The notes: generated by a model from the letters alone, not told the origin. Positions 1 to 12,570 are shown, numbered from the stretch's first letter. The stretch: 64,000 nucleotides of DNA from Octopus sinensis (GCF_006345805.1 NC_043001.1:31310001-31374000); one strand, 5' to 3'. Numbers and translations are program-made.

Positions 1-235
1 AAAATATCACGGAAAGCAGTGTAAATAACGGACAGTCAAGACTATTGAAAATGTTGCAAGACACAACGAAAATGTTATGAAAATAAAATTAAGAAATAAG
101 TGGAAATTATACGGGTGAGTGTGTGAAATTATAAGGCACGAAAAGAAAATGACTCTCCCCCAGGCACAACAGAATATGCTTCAGCACACGAACTCACATA
201 AAGAATCTTGCAAACAAAATCCAAAAACGAAATAA
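1..235 (+). repeat. Dispersed repeat family P1 (probable PLE pseudo-LTR fragment)
   Basis: Same sequence (CTATTGAAAA..GCAAGA..CAACGAAAA..TTATAAGGCAC..GACTCTCCCC..AAAGAATCTTGCAAAC..CGAAATA) recurs at 7645-7860 and in both orientations at 33103-33366. PLE origin is inferred. Confidence 0.6.
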
Positions 236-260
236 TGGAATGCTTTAAAAATATACAATA

Positions 261-425
261 GGCGCAAGAGTGGCTGTGTGGTAAGTAGCTTGCTAACCAA
301 CCACATGGTTCCGGGTTCAGTCCCACTGCGTGGCATCTTAGGCAAGTGTCTTCTGCTATAGCCCCGGGCCGACCAATGCCTTGTGAGTGGATTTGGTAGA
401 CCGAAACTGAAAGAAGCCTGTCGTA

Positions 426-464
<39 letters not shown>

Positions 465-751
465 CATGGCCACAGCTCGTGAGCTGAAACTAGAATCAAT
501 CAATCAATCATATGTATGTGTGTTTGTTTGTGTGTCTGTGTTTGTCCCCCTAGCATTGCTTGACAACCGATGCTGGTGAGTTTATGTCTCCGTTACTTAG
601 CGGTTCGGCAAAAGAGACCGATAGAATAAGTACTGGGCTTACAAAAATAATAAGTCCCGGGGTCGAGTTGCTCGACTAAAGGCGGTGCTCCAGCATGGCC
701 GCAGTGAAATGACTGAAACAAGTAAAAGAGAAAGAGTAAAAAGAGTAAAAG
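261..751 (+). mobile_element. tRNA-derived SINE family A, full-length
   Basis: tRNA-like head GGCGCAAGAGTGGCTGTGTGGTAAG...GGTTCAGTCCCAC, internal (TA)n/(TG)n tract, tail GGCGGTGCTCCAGCATGGCCGCAGT..(AAAAGAGT)n; more than 10 copies in the window. Confidence 0.9.
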
Positions 752-917
752 CTTCGTGACTTCCCGAGTTTATTTACTCGCTTCACGAGAGGTCGTCTTC
801 GCGGTCGCTTAGCCTGCTAGATGTAGCAGCTAAATCTCTTCTCAAGTCAAACAGCAAAATGAAGGTAGACGGAGACACCTTGCAGTGCTTGATATTTAAT
901 AAATGAATAAATATGCT

Positions 918-1313
918 TTTCTACAGTAGGCAAAAGGGCCCGAAATTTTTGGGGAGTGAAGGCAATCGATTAGATTGACCCTAGTACATAACTGGTACTT
1001 AATTTATCGACCCCGAAAGGATGACAGGCAAAGTCGACCTCTGCGGAATTTGAACTCAGAACGTAACGGCAGACGAAATACCTATTTTTTACTACCCACA
1101 AGGGGCTAAACACAGAGAAGACAAACAAGGACAGAGAAACGGATTAAGTCGATTATATCGACCCCAGCGCATAACTGGTACTTATTTAATCGACCCCCGA
1201 AAGGATGAAAGGCAAAGTCGACCTCGGCGGAATTTGAACTCGGAACGTAACGGCAGACGAAATGCCGTTAAGCATTTCGCCCGGTGTGCTAATGTTTCTG
1301 CCAACTCGCCGCC
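918..1313 (-). mobile_element. tRNA-derived SINE family B, head-to-tail dimer
   Basis: Minus strand reads GGCGGCGAGTTGGCAGAAAC...GAGTTCAAATTCC (A/B boxes)...GGTCGACTTTGCCTTTCATCCTTTCGGGG..; body repeated once in tandem. Confidence 0.9.
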
Positions 1314-1537
1314 GTAATAAACGAATAAATATATAAACATGATGTTCACGGTCGGAACGTCTTTCTCCATGAATCGGTCTTCCCGGCTATACCTGACCAA
1401 GGCTAAAGATCAAAATATTTTTCGTGGAGCCAACGAAGATCACTCGACCAGTTAAAAATAGCAACCAAATCTCCCACAGATCTTCATTATACCATCTTAA
1501 TAGAAGGGATGCACGTTGGACAATATAATCACAGATA

Positions 1538-1643
1538 TAGAAAGAAAGAAGGCAAAAAAGGAGAGAAAGAAAGAAAGAAAGAAGGCAAAAAAGGAGAGAA
1601 AGAAAGAAAGAAAGAAGAAAGAAAGAAAGAAAGAAGGCAAAAG

Positions 1644-1674
<31 letters not shown>

Positions 1675-1925
1675 CGGCAAAAAGAGAGAAAGAAAGAAAG
1701 AAAGAAGGCAAAAAGAGAGAAAGAAAGAAAGAAAGAAGGCAAAAAGAAAGAAGGAAATAGGAAGGAAGGAAGGCAAAAAAGAAGGAAAGAAAGAAGGAAG
1801 GAAGGAATGCAAGAAAGAAGGAAAGAAGGAAGGAAGGAAGGAAGGAAAGAAGGAAAGAAAGAAAGAAAAAAGGAAGGAAAGAAAGAAAGAAGGAAGGAAA
1901 GAAGGAAAGAAGGAAAGAGATGGGA
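1538..1925. repeat. Polypurine (GAAA/GAAG)n low-complexity tract
   Basis: About 390 bp, almost purely A/G, with recurring GAAGGCAAAAA(A)GAGAGAAA sub-units. Confidence 0.95.
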
Positions 1926-2034
1926 TGAGCACAGCTGGAATATATAATAAAGTCTGTCTTGTCTGCTCCAACGGGGCTGACCTTAAGGACAAACAAACCG
2001 CAAGTCGTTTCATAGATATGCTCTGCTGTGAGTA

Positions 2035-2065
<31 letters not shown>

Positions 2066-2332
2066 GCTCGTGTGTATGTGTGTGCGTGCGAGCGAGTGTG
2101 TGTGTGTGTGTGTGTAGTGGGGAAATTTCATACCGTGTCAAGACAACAGCAGAAAATCAGTGTAGGGATGTTTATGGACCACTCTGTGAAAAAAAGATTG
2201 GTTAAAAAAAAATGTGAGAATCGTAACGTTCTTAGATTTATTTACACACACACATACACACACACACGTGTTGTGCTCTTTTTTTTTTTTAGAATGTGCA
2301 ACAAATATGTGCGCATATGTATGTGTGTGATG

Positions 2333-2385
<53 letters not shown>

Positions 2386-2453
2386 GGGCTGTATATATGT
2401 AAAGTATATTACATGCAGTATATGCAGATATAGATATGACTCTCGCCATATCG

Positions 2454-2494
<41 letters not shown>

Positions 2495-2613
2495 ATATAT
2501 ATATATATATATTAAGTGTGGTCTCCAGCATGGCTGCAGTCAAATGACTGAACAAGTAAAGAATATATATGTATATATATATATATAAGCAAACTAGCTA
2601 GTTGTATATACAT

Positions 2614-2648
<35 letters not shown>

Positions 2649-2746
2649 CATGTATATACATATATATTTGTATATACATACATACATACATACATACATA
2701 CACATGTATATACATATATATTTGTATATATATACATGCATACATA

Positions 2747-2789
<43 letters not shown>

Positions 2790-2850
2790 TAGATAGATAG
2801 ATAGATAGATAGATACACATGTATATATATATTTGTACATACATATATAT

Positions 2851-2904
<54 letters not shown>

Positions 2905-3744
2905 TATACACATATATATTTGTATATACATACACACACATACATGCGTGTGTATTTGTAGAGTGAGAGACGGGGCGAGAGAGCGACAGAATGAAAGAAA
3001 TGAGAAATGGAGACGAAGATTTTTTTAAAAATGAGAAAAGATATAGGTGTAGAAGAAGAGATAATCTTTTTCTTTTATCCTCGCAGGGGAACGATGGACG
3101 AGGGGACACAGATAAATACAAAGAGTTGAGTTTAAATAAATCACAGATGCCTTCCTTCCATTATAATCCCGCCCCAAATAAAATAAAAAATTATGACAAT
3201 GTTAGCCGTCACACACATATGTGTTGTGTGTGTGTACATGCATATATGCATATGGATCAATATGTGTGTGTGTGTATACTAGCATGTGTATGTCTGTCTA
3301 TACGTATGTTTGTGTCTGTCTGACGTCTACCATGAGTAGTACTCGGCCTAGTTTGTTTTCGAATTTTCCTATAAATTGTTGCCTTAGTATAAAATGTGAC
3401 TACTGCCACATGTGTACCGGCATTGTGTGTGTGTGTACGTAGTTGTGTGTGTGTGTGTGCGTATATATATATGCACACACACACACAAATACACATTCGC
3501 GGATATCTGCTTATACATGGAACATGTGGTAATGAGCATTCCCACTCTTGTTTACAGGACTCCCACGTGAGTCTTTCGTTTAAAATATCTATGGTCTCAG
3601 ATTCCGAATGGCAGTGGCTATCTATCCCATTTGCTATTTGTTCCCAAAGACTGAAGGGTCCATTTCTAAGAACCAGAGCGAAAGAGAGTATGATAGATAA
3701 ACAAATAGATACGCCGACGGACAGATAGATCGTTAGGCAGACAA

Positions 3745-3759
3745 CAAGATAGATAGATG

Positions 3760-3797
<38 letters not shown>

Positions 3798-3868
3798 GGG
3801 ATGGATAGAGGGATGGATAGATAGATAGGTAGATAGAAGGATGGATAGATAGGTAGATAGATAGAGGA

Positions 3869-3913
<45 letters not shown>

Positions 3914-3961
3914 GGGATGGATAGATAGATAGACAGATAGATAGATAGATAGATAGATAGA
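3745..3961. repeat. (GATA)n/(GGAT)n microsatellite
   Basis: Directly visible tetranucleotide array. Confidence 0.95.
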
Positions 3962-4684
3962 TTTCTTGAGGTACAGAGAGCGAAATATACAACATACGAT
4001 ATTTATAAAATCAACTAAAAAAACTACGATGACTATATATATATATATATTATCGATGCTTTGATTTTTTCATTTTCTCTCTCTTAAGATAACTTAAAAG
4101 TATAAAACTAACCTTTATGATGATGATCGCTAGATGGGGCGGTAAAACTCCATGTCACCGGATAAAAAGCATTTTAGAAACTGGTAATAGTTGTTTAAAG
4201 GGCTGGAGCAACGGTTGCGATGATGCTTCGCATAGTAGTTTCTTCATACTAGCTGGGCTTTTCACGATAGCATCACTGCTTTCCAGACGCACACACATAC
4301 AGTTAGCTTGTTTTCACACTATCGCTGAAACCCCCTTACCATCGCGGTAAAGAAACATATAAAAGAAGACGAAAAAAACTGGAGGAACACGCACGCACGC
4401 CGTACGCGCAAGCGCAGATATCCCCTCCAACCGCACGTACTAACATACACACTAGCGTACACTGAAAAATACTGATAAAATACGCTCACAAACACATATT
4501 TATTTATCTCTCTTGCATGCATATATATATATATGTGTGTGTGTGTGCCACACATACGATAGTGACGGCTCTCTTCATCTAAGAGAGGAATGGGTTAGAA
4601 ACGCATCGCATTTGTCAGCAGCGCAAAGATTTTGAAGATACATTTATGTGCGGTATGTGTGCGAGTGAGTAATAACTGTTCTGT

Positions 4685-4718
<34 letters not shown>

Positions 4719-5319
4719 TGCGTTCGTTTATGAATCCGTATATGCGTTCGCATGTGTCTTCGTGTATACGCGTTTATTTGAGCGGTGGTGTTTATCTACG
4801 ATTTCGAACGTGAACGTGTTACGCTTGTACACAAATACCCACACACGTTCATGCGTGCGTGCGTGCGTTCGTGTGTGTGTGTGTGCGTGTGTAAGAGTGT
4901 GTGTAAAAGTATGTGCGTGTATGTGCATACATTGTTTATGCAATACATATATACATATACACATACATACATATATCTATGTGTGTATACGAGTTTATGT
5001 GAGTGTTTGTGTTTAAGTTATGTTATATATGAATGAATACCTAAGCATTTATACGCATGTATGGATGCGTTTTCCGTGCGCGCGCGCGCGCGCGTGTGTG
5101 TGTACGCGTGAGGTGTCTGCGCTTGTGTATATGTGTATGATGCATGAATCGTCTAGTTATGCGACCTATTTTCGCAGAACAGCTGATTACGGGACAAAAG
5201 GATTTTCCTCCGCCGCATTTTAAGATTTATTTATCTAAAGCTACCTAACAATTCCAACCACGATCTAATCACAACCACTAATTCACTACGCACACACACA
5301 CACACACACACACACACGC

Positions 5320-5379
<60 letters not shown>

Positions 5380-5541
5380 ATGTAGAAGTAGCGTCCCGTT
5401 TTGCGTATGTTCTTTAAGAATGATTCCCTGTTCACAGAACAAGCAAGCTAGCAAGGCGGAGGTTTTCACCTCTGATTAGCAATGGGTTTTTCATATTATG
5501 GATAGATAAAATTACACAATATATATACGAAAAAATAGTAA

Positions 5542-5762
5542 CGGTTTCAAATGTTGCCACAAGGACAGCCGTTCTGGAATGGGGGGGGGGGAAAGAGTCA
5601 ATTATATCGACCCCAGTGTTCAACTGGTATTTATTTTATGGACCCCGACCGGATGAAAGGCAAATTTAATCTTGGCAGAATTTGAACTCATATCGGAGCG
5701 ACGGGCGAAATACCGCTAAGTATTCGTCTAATGTGCTAACGATTCTGCCAGCTCACCGCTTC
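5542..5762 (-). mobile_element. SINE family B monomer with 20-bp target-site duplication
   Basis: Flanked by TATATACGAAAAAATAGTAA at 5522-5541 and 5763-5782. Confidence 0.85.
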
Positions 5763-6351
5763 TATATACGAAAAAATAGTAATAATAATTATTTTAACTG
5801 AGGGCACAAGGTCTAGAATTTTGTGCTCAACTGGTATCTGTTTTATCAACCTCCGAAAGGATGAAACGCAAAGTTGATTTCAGCGGAATTTGAACTTAGA
5901 ACGTAAGGGGTTAGATGACGTGCCGCTAAATATTGTGTCCGACGTGCTAACTATTCTGCCAGCTCATCAAGCAAAGAATAGAAAATACCCAGTATGCAGG
6001 GTCGGTTTAAGGTCAAATGCAGCCCTAAGCAGACAGCCCAATTCTTGTCCCTGTTTGACCCTTTCATAATCAGTGTTAAATGTAAAATTATACGGTGGGA
6101 ATACATTTTTCTTCTAGGTCATCTCCAGATCAGACCAGACCACACTTCCCACCATATGTTGCCAGGGGAGCCTTTAGATTCGGTCGAACCTTCCCACCCT
6201 CAAATATAATTATCATCTAGCATTTATTTTTAATTTAGTATTTTTCACTAATTTGACGAATTAGTGATCTAGTTTAATAATTGGGAAATCCTTCGGTTGA
6301 AATCTTGGCTGCCCCCTTGAAACCCATTAACTGTATGAAATATAACCAAAC

Positions 6352-6414
<63 letters not shown>

Positions 6415-6563
6415 ATATGTTAATAAAATAGAACATATGCATATATATAAACATATATGTACGTACCTACCTCTACATGTACATATACACGCATATATGT
6501 GTACAGGACACCAAAAAGACGTCGAACACATAGAGAGACGAAACACATAGACACAAACCAAGG

Positions 6564-6600
<37 letters not shown>

Positions 6601-6602
<2 letters not shown>

Positions 6603-6984
6603 AGAGCTCGGGAACGGAGGGTGCATATGCACCAATGATAACTGCATGGTATGTAGGATTAGTCTTGGCATTAACTGTAGAACTAGAGATGTAGTCTACA
6701 GCATACGATGCATAGAAGGTGCTTGTAAAGACACGAACATGGTATGCATAGGGGACACATCTAGGAGCATCGCGGAAAAACTAAATGAAAATTTGAGACA
6801 ATATGACGACAAAAAACAGTCCTCCTTACTCTAACAACATGCTAAAGACCAATATGGAGGCAACCTGGGTCAACTTGACATCCGCATAATAACCAAATAC
6901 CCGAAGGACCCAACATTCAGACAAATACAGGAGGACGTCCTCAAAAATGAAACATCCCCAGTACTAAATAGGAAATATACGTAG
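6601..6984 (+). pseudogene. Penelope-like element GIY-YIG endonuclease remnant (Neptune-like Cys linker)
   Basis: Translation GGCICTNDNCMVC..NCRTRDVVYSIRC..MVCIGDTSRSIAEKLNENL..QSSLL*QHAKDQ..FRQIQEDVLKNETSPVLNRK matches the PLE pattern VVY..C..YIGETSR..ER..EH..H..; one internal stop. Confidence 0.85.
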
Positions 6985-7644
6985 TAGGTAATCATACCCC
7001 CATATCCACAGTTTATATTTATATACAGGTAGAATAGTTGGTGGGCTGTTTCGTAGATGTATGTATGTATATGTGTATGCATATGAATGTAGGCAAATGG
7101 ATATGAATGTAAACAGATAGACATACTGACGGATAGGTACATAGGTAATATGAACAGGCAAGCACACATGCACACACATACGCAAATGAAGACTGAAACA
7201 CATGACCATATATACACACACTTCACACAAGGACACGTACGGAGACACTCGTCCATACATACGGAGATACACATCCATACATACACACATAGTACATAGT
7301 CACAAAAACTCATACACACACACACTCAGACATGCACACACAAGGGGACAGAGGTACACACACCCACGCACACATGCAAACACGCACACATGCAAACACA
7401 CACACATAAAAACACACAAACAAGAACACACAAACATGAATATGCAGAATACATACGTACAAAAACGTACGCACATATACACATACGCACACGCTTACAT
7501 ACATGCATACATACACATGCATGCATATATACGTACATACGTACATACATACATACATACATACATACATACATACATACATACATACATGTGTATGGCA
7601 CAGACACTGACCCACACACATGCGCACAAACAAAAATAATGCAG

Positions 7645-7860
7645 CTTGAATAACGAACAAAGTCAACAACTATTGAAACGGTTACAAGAAGCAACGAAAA
7701 TTTTAGAAAAATAAATAAATAAATGGGTGGAAATTTTACCGTTGAGTGTGTAAAATTATAAGGCACTAAAAGAGAATGACTCTCCCCAGACACAGCAGAA
7801 TATGCTTCAACACACGAACTCACATAAAGAATCTTGCAAACCAAATCCCCAAACGAAATA
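7645..7860 (+). repeat. Dispersed repeat family P1 copy
   Basis: Homologous to 1-235. Confidence 0.7.
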
Positions 7861-7887
7861 CATATATGTGTGTGTGTGTGTGTGTAA

Positions 7888-7932
<45 letters not shown>

Positions 7933-7936
<4 letters not shown>

Positions 7937-8309
7937 CAAAACGCCCCACACCGTCCAATGGACGGTGCTGAGTTGTCAAACATTTAAACCAAATTTTCTC
8001 AAAACAACTTGTCCGACCGTCCCATAGGCTTCCCCTTTGAGAAACACTGATTTAACCTAAATTTGAGACACCGTGCATTTTTCTTGCGTATGCGTAGTAT
8101 CGATCGCAATAGCTGATGTACTTGCACGTACAAACGCACGTTCTCACGGCTTTATCGATCGCATTCTCACCTGGAATCGATTTTTGTAAATTATTTCAAG
8201 ACTTATACACGCCCTGATACCGTCAGTATCTACATATCAAATTTGAGCGCAATTGGATGGAGAATGCCCGAGATCCTAGAAGACACACACACACACAGAA
8301 CAGATTTTG

Positions 8310-8320
<11 letters not shown>
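7933..8320 (-). mobile_element. Non-autonomous Helitron-like element
   Basis: Minus-strand 3' end CTCG|T preceded by an 8-bp hairpin CACCGTCC-ATT-GGACGGTG (7949-7967). The 5' end runs into (TA)n with a TATAAAATACAAAATCTG-(TG)n start typical of HelitronN elements. Confidence 0.6.
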
Positions 8321-8351
<31 letters not shown>

Positions 8352-8408
8352 AGTCAAAATAGAAAATGCTAAAATAATTTTATAAAGAACATTTCAGTAC
8401 CGGTTTCA

Positions 8409-9198
8409 CAGAGACCTGGGAGTAACATCCAACAACATCAGAGACCTGGGAGTAACAGTGGACAACAACATAAGCTGGGCTACACATATAAGCAGCAAAG
8501 TTGACATGGCCCGCAGAATGTGTTCCTGGATTCTCAGAACCTTCCAGTCGAGAGATTCCCACGCTATTATCCTTCTCTTCTCCACTTTTGCCCGACCCCA
8601 CCTTGAATACTGCTGTCCACTGTGGTCTCCCTACACAAAACAAAATATTATGAGAATTGAAGCTCCTCAAAGGTCAATCACAAAAAAGATAGATGGCATG
8701 TCAGACCTTGACTACTGGGGTAGACTAGAGAAGCTGAAATTGTATTCACTCCAACGACGCCGTGAACGCTACATTATCTGTATGATGTGGAAAATATTCC
8801 ATCAGCACTGTCCGAATGATGTTGGCATCACCTTCAAAATGCATCCAGGGCTTGGACCACGTGCCATCCGTCCACAACAAAAATCTAAATCGCATCACAT
8901 AACGACAATACGGCACAACTATTTCACCTCAATTGGACCCGCTCTCTTCAACATTACACCAGGACACGTCAAAAAAGAAACTGACCACACAAAATTCAGA
9001 AGTCTTTGGACAAATTCCTTCAAACAGTACCGGACAAACCACCCACACCCGGATATGTCTCCGCAAACAATAACTCTCTGCTCGAATGGGCCTTGGTGCC
9101 CAAATCCTGAACTGAAAGACTTCGCCAGGTGGTGCTATTAAGTTAGACATGGCCTGGGCCAATACTGGCCAAAACCTTTCTAAGTTATTCTAAGTTAT
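8409..9198 (+). mobile_element. CR1-clade LINE, 5'-truncated (RT C-terminus plus 3' tail)
   Basis: ORF 8458-9141 reads DLGV.VDNNISW..H..RPHLEYCCPLWSPY....I..IE..QR..TK.I.GM..LDYW.RL..LKLYSLQRRRER; short tandem tail (TTCTAAGTTA)n. Confidence 0.9.
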
Positions 9199-9245
9199 AT
9201 ATATATATATATATAACTTAGAATAACTTAGAAAGGTTTTGGCCA
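9166..9245. repeat. Perfect 80-bp palindrome centred on (AT)n
   Basis: TGGCCAAAACCTTTCTAAGTTATTCTAAGTTAT-(AT)n-ATAACTTAGAATAACTTAGAAAGGTTTTGGCCA, no mismatch and no spacer. Confidence 0.95.
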
Positions 9246-9720
9246 CTGCTGAGCGCCCTTTTCGTTCCAGCAGTCGTCGAAGCAACACGTATTTGTTCGT
9301 CTCCCTGTGGCCATTAGGCACTACTTCATAAGCCAGCCTCAACTCAACTCGTCCTGTCGAAAGACCCTTGTCCTACGTCCTGGTTTTGTCTTGTTTTTTA
9401 TCTTTACCGTTATTGTTTTTACGTTTTTGTATTCTTATTGGTGTCACGTATTCTGTATTTTTGTTCGTGTACTCCGTTCGTTTTCCGTCCTCGTGTTGTA
9501 TACATTCGAAGCTTTCTTCCAAGGGATCTAATGCGCTTGGCTTAGATTTTCCTTTGGGGGGCTGCCCAGATCGGAGCAATCTCAAGATTAATCAGCCGAA
9601 ATTGCGAAGATGATCTGGTTCTTGACTGATGACTGAGGGCTTCGAATGTCCCGTCCTGTGGTTCTTGTGTCGTCTCTTTGGTGTTTCATGTTCTTGTCCA
9701 TGTCTGTATTTATTTTTTAC

Positions 9721-9773
<53 letters not shown>

Positions 9774-10281
9774 GCAATGTAACAACAACAAAACAACAAA
9801 AACCACGGCCCCTCCTCGATGCTAGCACAATTAATGAAATATTACACTCCACAATCAAGAACTCTTCCCTGTGTAGTATTCCACTTTCTCATTTTCTCGA
9901 AATACCACAAGTGACCCATCATCATTATCATTTTCATTATGTTCTACTGCTATTACTCTTATCACAACTAGACAATAGTAACAGTAATACGATCGGCATT
10001 GGCAGGCACTCTTCAATACTAGAATACTTGATGACCTATTACACACCACAGTCTCTAGGTCTTCTCCACAGTCAGGACACTCAAATTCTTCTCAGAATAA
10101 CACGAGAGATCCATCATCACCATTGTCATTCTATTCTACTGCTACTACCATTACCACTACTACAACTCCAATTAGTGAAGAACCACTCCTTGCTTTCGCC
10201 CTCCTCCTACTATCCACTTTAATCTGAATGTATACCTGACAGCTCCTTGATAAATTTGCCAACTGTAAATAAAGTAAAATC

Positions 10282-11200
10282 ATGAACACACGAAACCCCA
10301 AAATATGCCGCTATTCTCAACGCGTGAGACTCTGCATACGCAGTGACTGCACCTTAACCCGTTTCTCAAGGACAAGATGCACAGTTCGTACAAACAATAC
10401 CAACCAAACCACACATCTTACAATACCACCACCATCACTACTAAATGCTAAATCACACTTAATAACTACTACACATGTAACCCAGAATCCTAAAATCTCT
10501 TGCTTTCCCAACACGAAAGATTATGTCTGATGTGTGACTGTGCCTTCACTAATCTTTTAGAGACTCGATGCTCTAGTAAATGCATGACTTCAAATCACCA
10601 ACAAATCCACAGTAAAAATATCCCTTACAGTGGAAGTGTTGATCCAGACTTTCATCGAAACCCACATGTCACACAGACATCTACTGTAAAATGAATCTGG
10701 CAAAAGAAATTTTTAAAAAAAGACTTCTAGCTCTTTTACAGCATCAACTACTGCTATTACCCCAGTGCACAGCCACATACCATTGCAGTCATTAACCCTC
10801 AAACTCAACTCTATGATAATTCTGAATGTACAAGGTCTTTCGCACTTCATAAATTGAACATAAGTATCATATCTTAGAGACTTTGCACAGCGAGAGAGAT
10901 CTCGTACAGCAAGAAAAGACAATATGTGTAGCACTAAGTGAAACGCACCTGACCCCAGACATATTGGATGTGGAAGTACATATGTCAGATTATATATTAC
11001 TCAGAACTGACCACAGAATACGGAAACAAGGAGAAATAGCGATTTTCATCCAAGAAGACCTGGCAACAAATGTCCTCTCCTACCGGTCCAACACAGTGTG
11101 GGATACACTAATGTTGCATGTGGTTAACTTCAATTTGATCATAGGTATTACCTACTGTCTTGCTGATGCAGCTTGCTACGGAGATCAAAATATATTCTTT
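10282..11200 (+). mobile_element. CR1-type LINE 5' part: ORF1 Cys-motif remnants and AP-endonuclease remnant
   Basis: NPKICRYSQRVRLCIRSDCTLT and SQHERLCLMCDCAFTNL (degenerate zinc-finger-like repeats), then LNVQGL..VALSETHLTPDILDVEV..DYILLRTD..RKQG.IAIFI (AP endonuclease N-terminal motifs). Confidence 0.75.
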
Positions 11201-11229
11201 TCTAGATGGTATAGGAATATCTTAAACTT

Positions 11230-12570
11230 ATTAATAATGTAAAAAAATGTATTAATAGGATTAAATGGAAAGCCTACTACAATAATTGTAACATATCTAA
11301 TATTAACAATGTAGAGAACTAATTATATTAATACTAAACTTAAATCTAGAAAGGGACCCCTGAATAATAGAGAAATACAGGTTTTAGAGGATATTTGGAA
11401 GGTGGTGAAAAATATTAAATTTCATAGATACCCAAAGAGGCACATTAAGAAATCTAGCTATTAGAATAAAAGAAATGCGAAACTAGGAACCTGTATAAAA
11501 GAGATGTTAAATTATATGATAATCTATTAGAGAAATGAATATATTAAAAATATAAAATTGTTCCTGAAAATACTCTTTATAATATAAATAAGGCCTCTAA
11601 ATCAATCATGATAAAATATGAGTTAGACAATAAAACTGAACCTTATGTACCGACGCACCCTAGAATTACTTTAAAAGACCATAAGGATAATTTTTATTCT
11701 GATCCAAAAGTTAGACTTATTTGTCCATGTAAATCAGATCTAGGTAAATTAAGATCATTTTAGATAAATATATTAATAGATTAAATGAACTTAATTATCT
11801 AAAACTTTGGAGTAGTACTAACGATACTTTAAAATGGTTTAATAATACCAAAGATAAAAATAGATATAAATTCATTCAAATAGATATAGATAATTATTAT
11901 TCTTCTATAAATGAGATTGTAGTCCATAAGGCCCTAATTTATGCAATAAATAAGGTTGGAATGACTTATGATGAATTTAATGTAGTTAAAGCGGCTAAGA
12001 AATCGTTGATTAGATATAATAATAAATTGTGGGCTAGGAAAGATACTAGAGACTATTTTGATATACCTATGGGGGCACCCGATTCTGCCCAGGTGACAGA
12101 TTTAGTAGGTATTTATCTCAACTTCAATTAGAAAAATTAAATTTAGAGGGTGGATTATATAGGGATGACCTTTTATTATAACTAAGAATTGTACCAATAA
12201 AACACTAGAATTATATAAGAATAAACTATATAGTTTTTTTTAAAGATATGGATTAGGTATTACTATATATAAAGAGAACTATAATGTTAATTATTTAGAT
12301 GCTAATTTTAATTTAATACCAGGTAAAACCCAACCATTCCATAAAATTAATGAAAACCTTAGATATATTAATGCTAATAGTAATCACCTACCCTCAATTA
12401 AAAAATCGTTGATACATAATATAGGTAAAAGAATATCGATGCTTTCTTTTAATTTTGAGATTTTCCAAAAACACGCGTCTTATTATAATGAAGCCTTGCG
12501 GGAGGCGGGATATAATAATAGTATTAAATTCTTTAATAATTGTAAATATGATTATAATATAAAAGATTAT
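11230..12570 (+). pseudogene. Penelope-like element reverse transcriptase, frameshifted
   Basis: Across frameshifts: INRIKWKAYY, ITLKDHKDNF..PKVRLICPCKSDLG (LKDHK 11671-11685), FIQIDIDNYYSSI, FDIPMGAPDSAQVTDLVG (12057), GLYRDD (YRDD 12158-12169), VNYLDANFNL, YINANSNHLPSI. Confidence 0.85.

Noticed and set aside
5078-5094. (CG)n run as a regulatory or Z-DNA element
   Set aside because: It lies within a larger degenerate (TG/CG) microsatellite; there is no independent evidence of function.
6245-6273. 9-bp hairpin followed by CTAGT as a Helitron 3' end
   Set aside because: The hairpin is only 1 nt from CTAG and no matching 5' TC terminus is recognisable.
9625-9655. CTGATGA..GAATGTC as a hammerhead
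   Set aside because: No stem II, and GAAA is not intact.
9245-9725. T-rich segment (and the similar one at 29935-30335) as DIRS or LTR termini
   Set aside because: No paired terminal repeats, TSD or coding remnant could be identified from the sequence alone.
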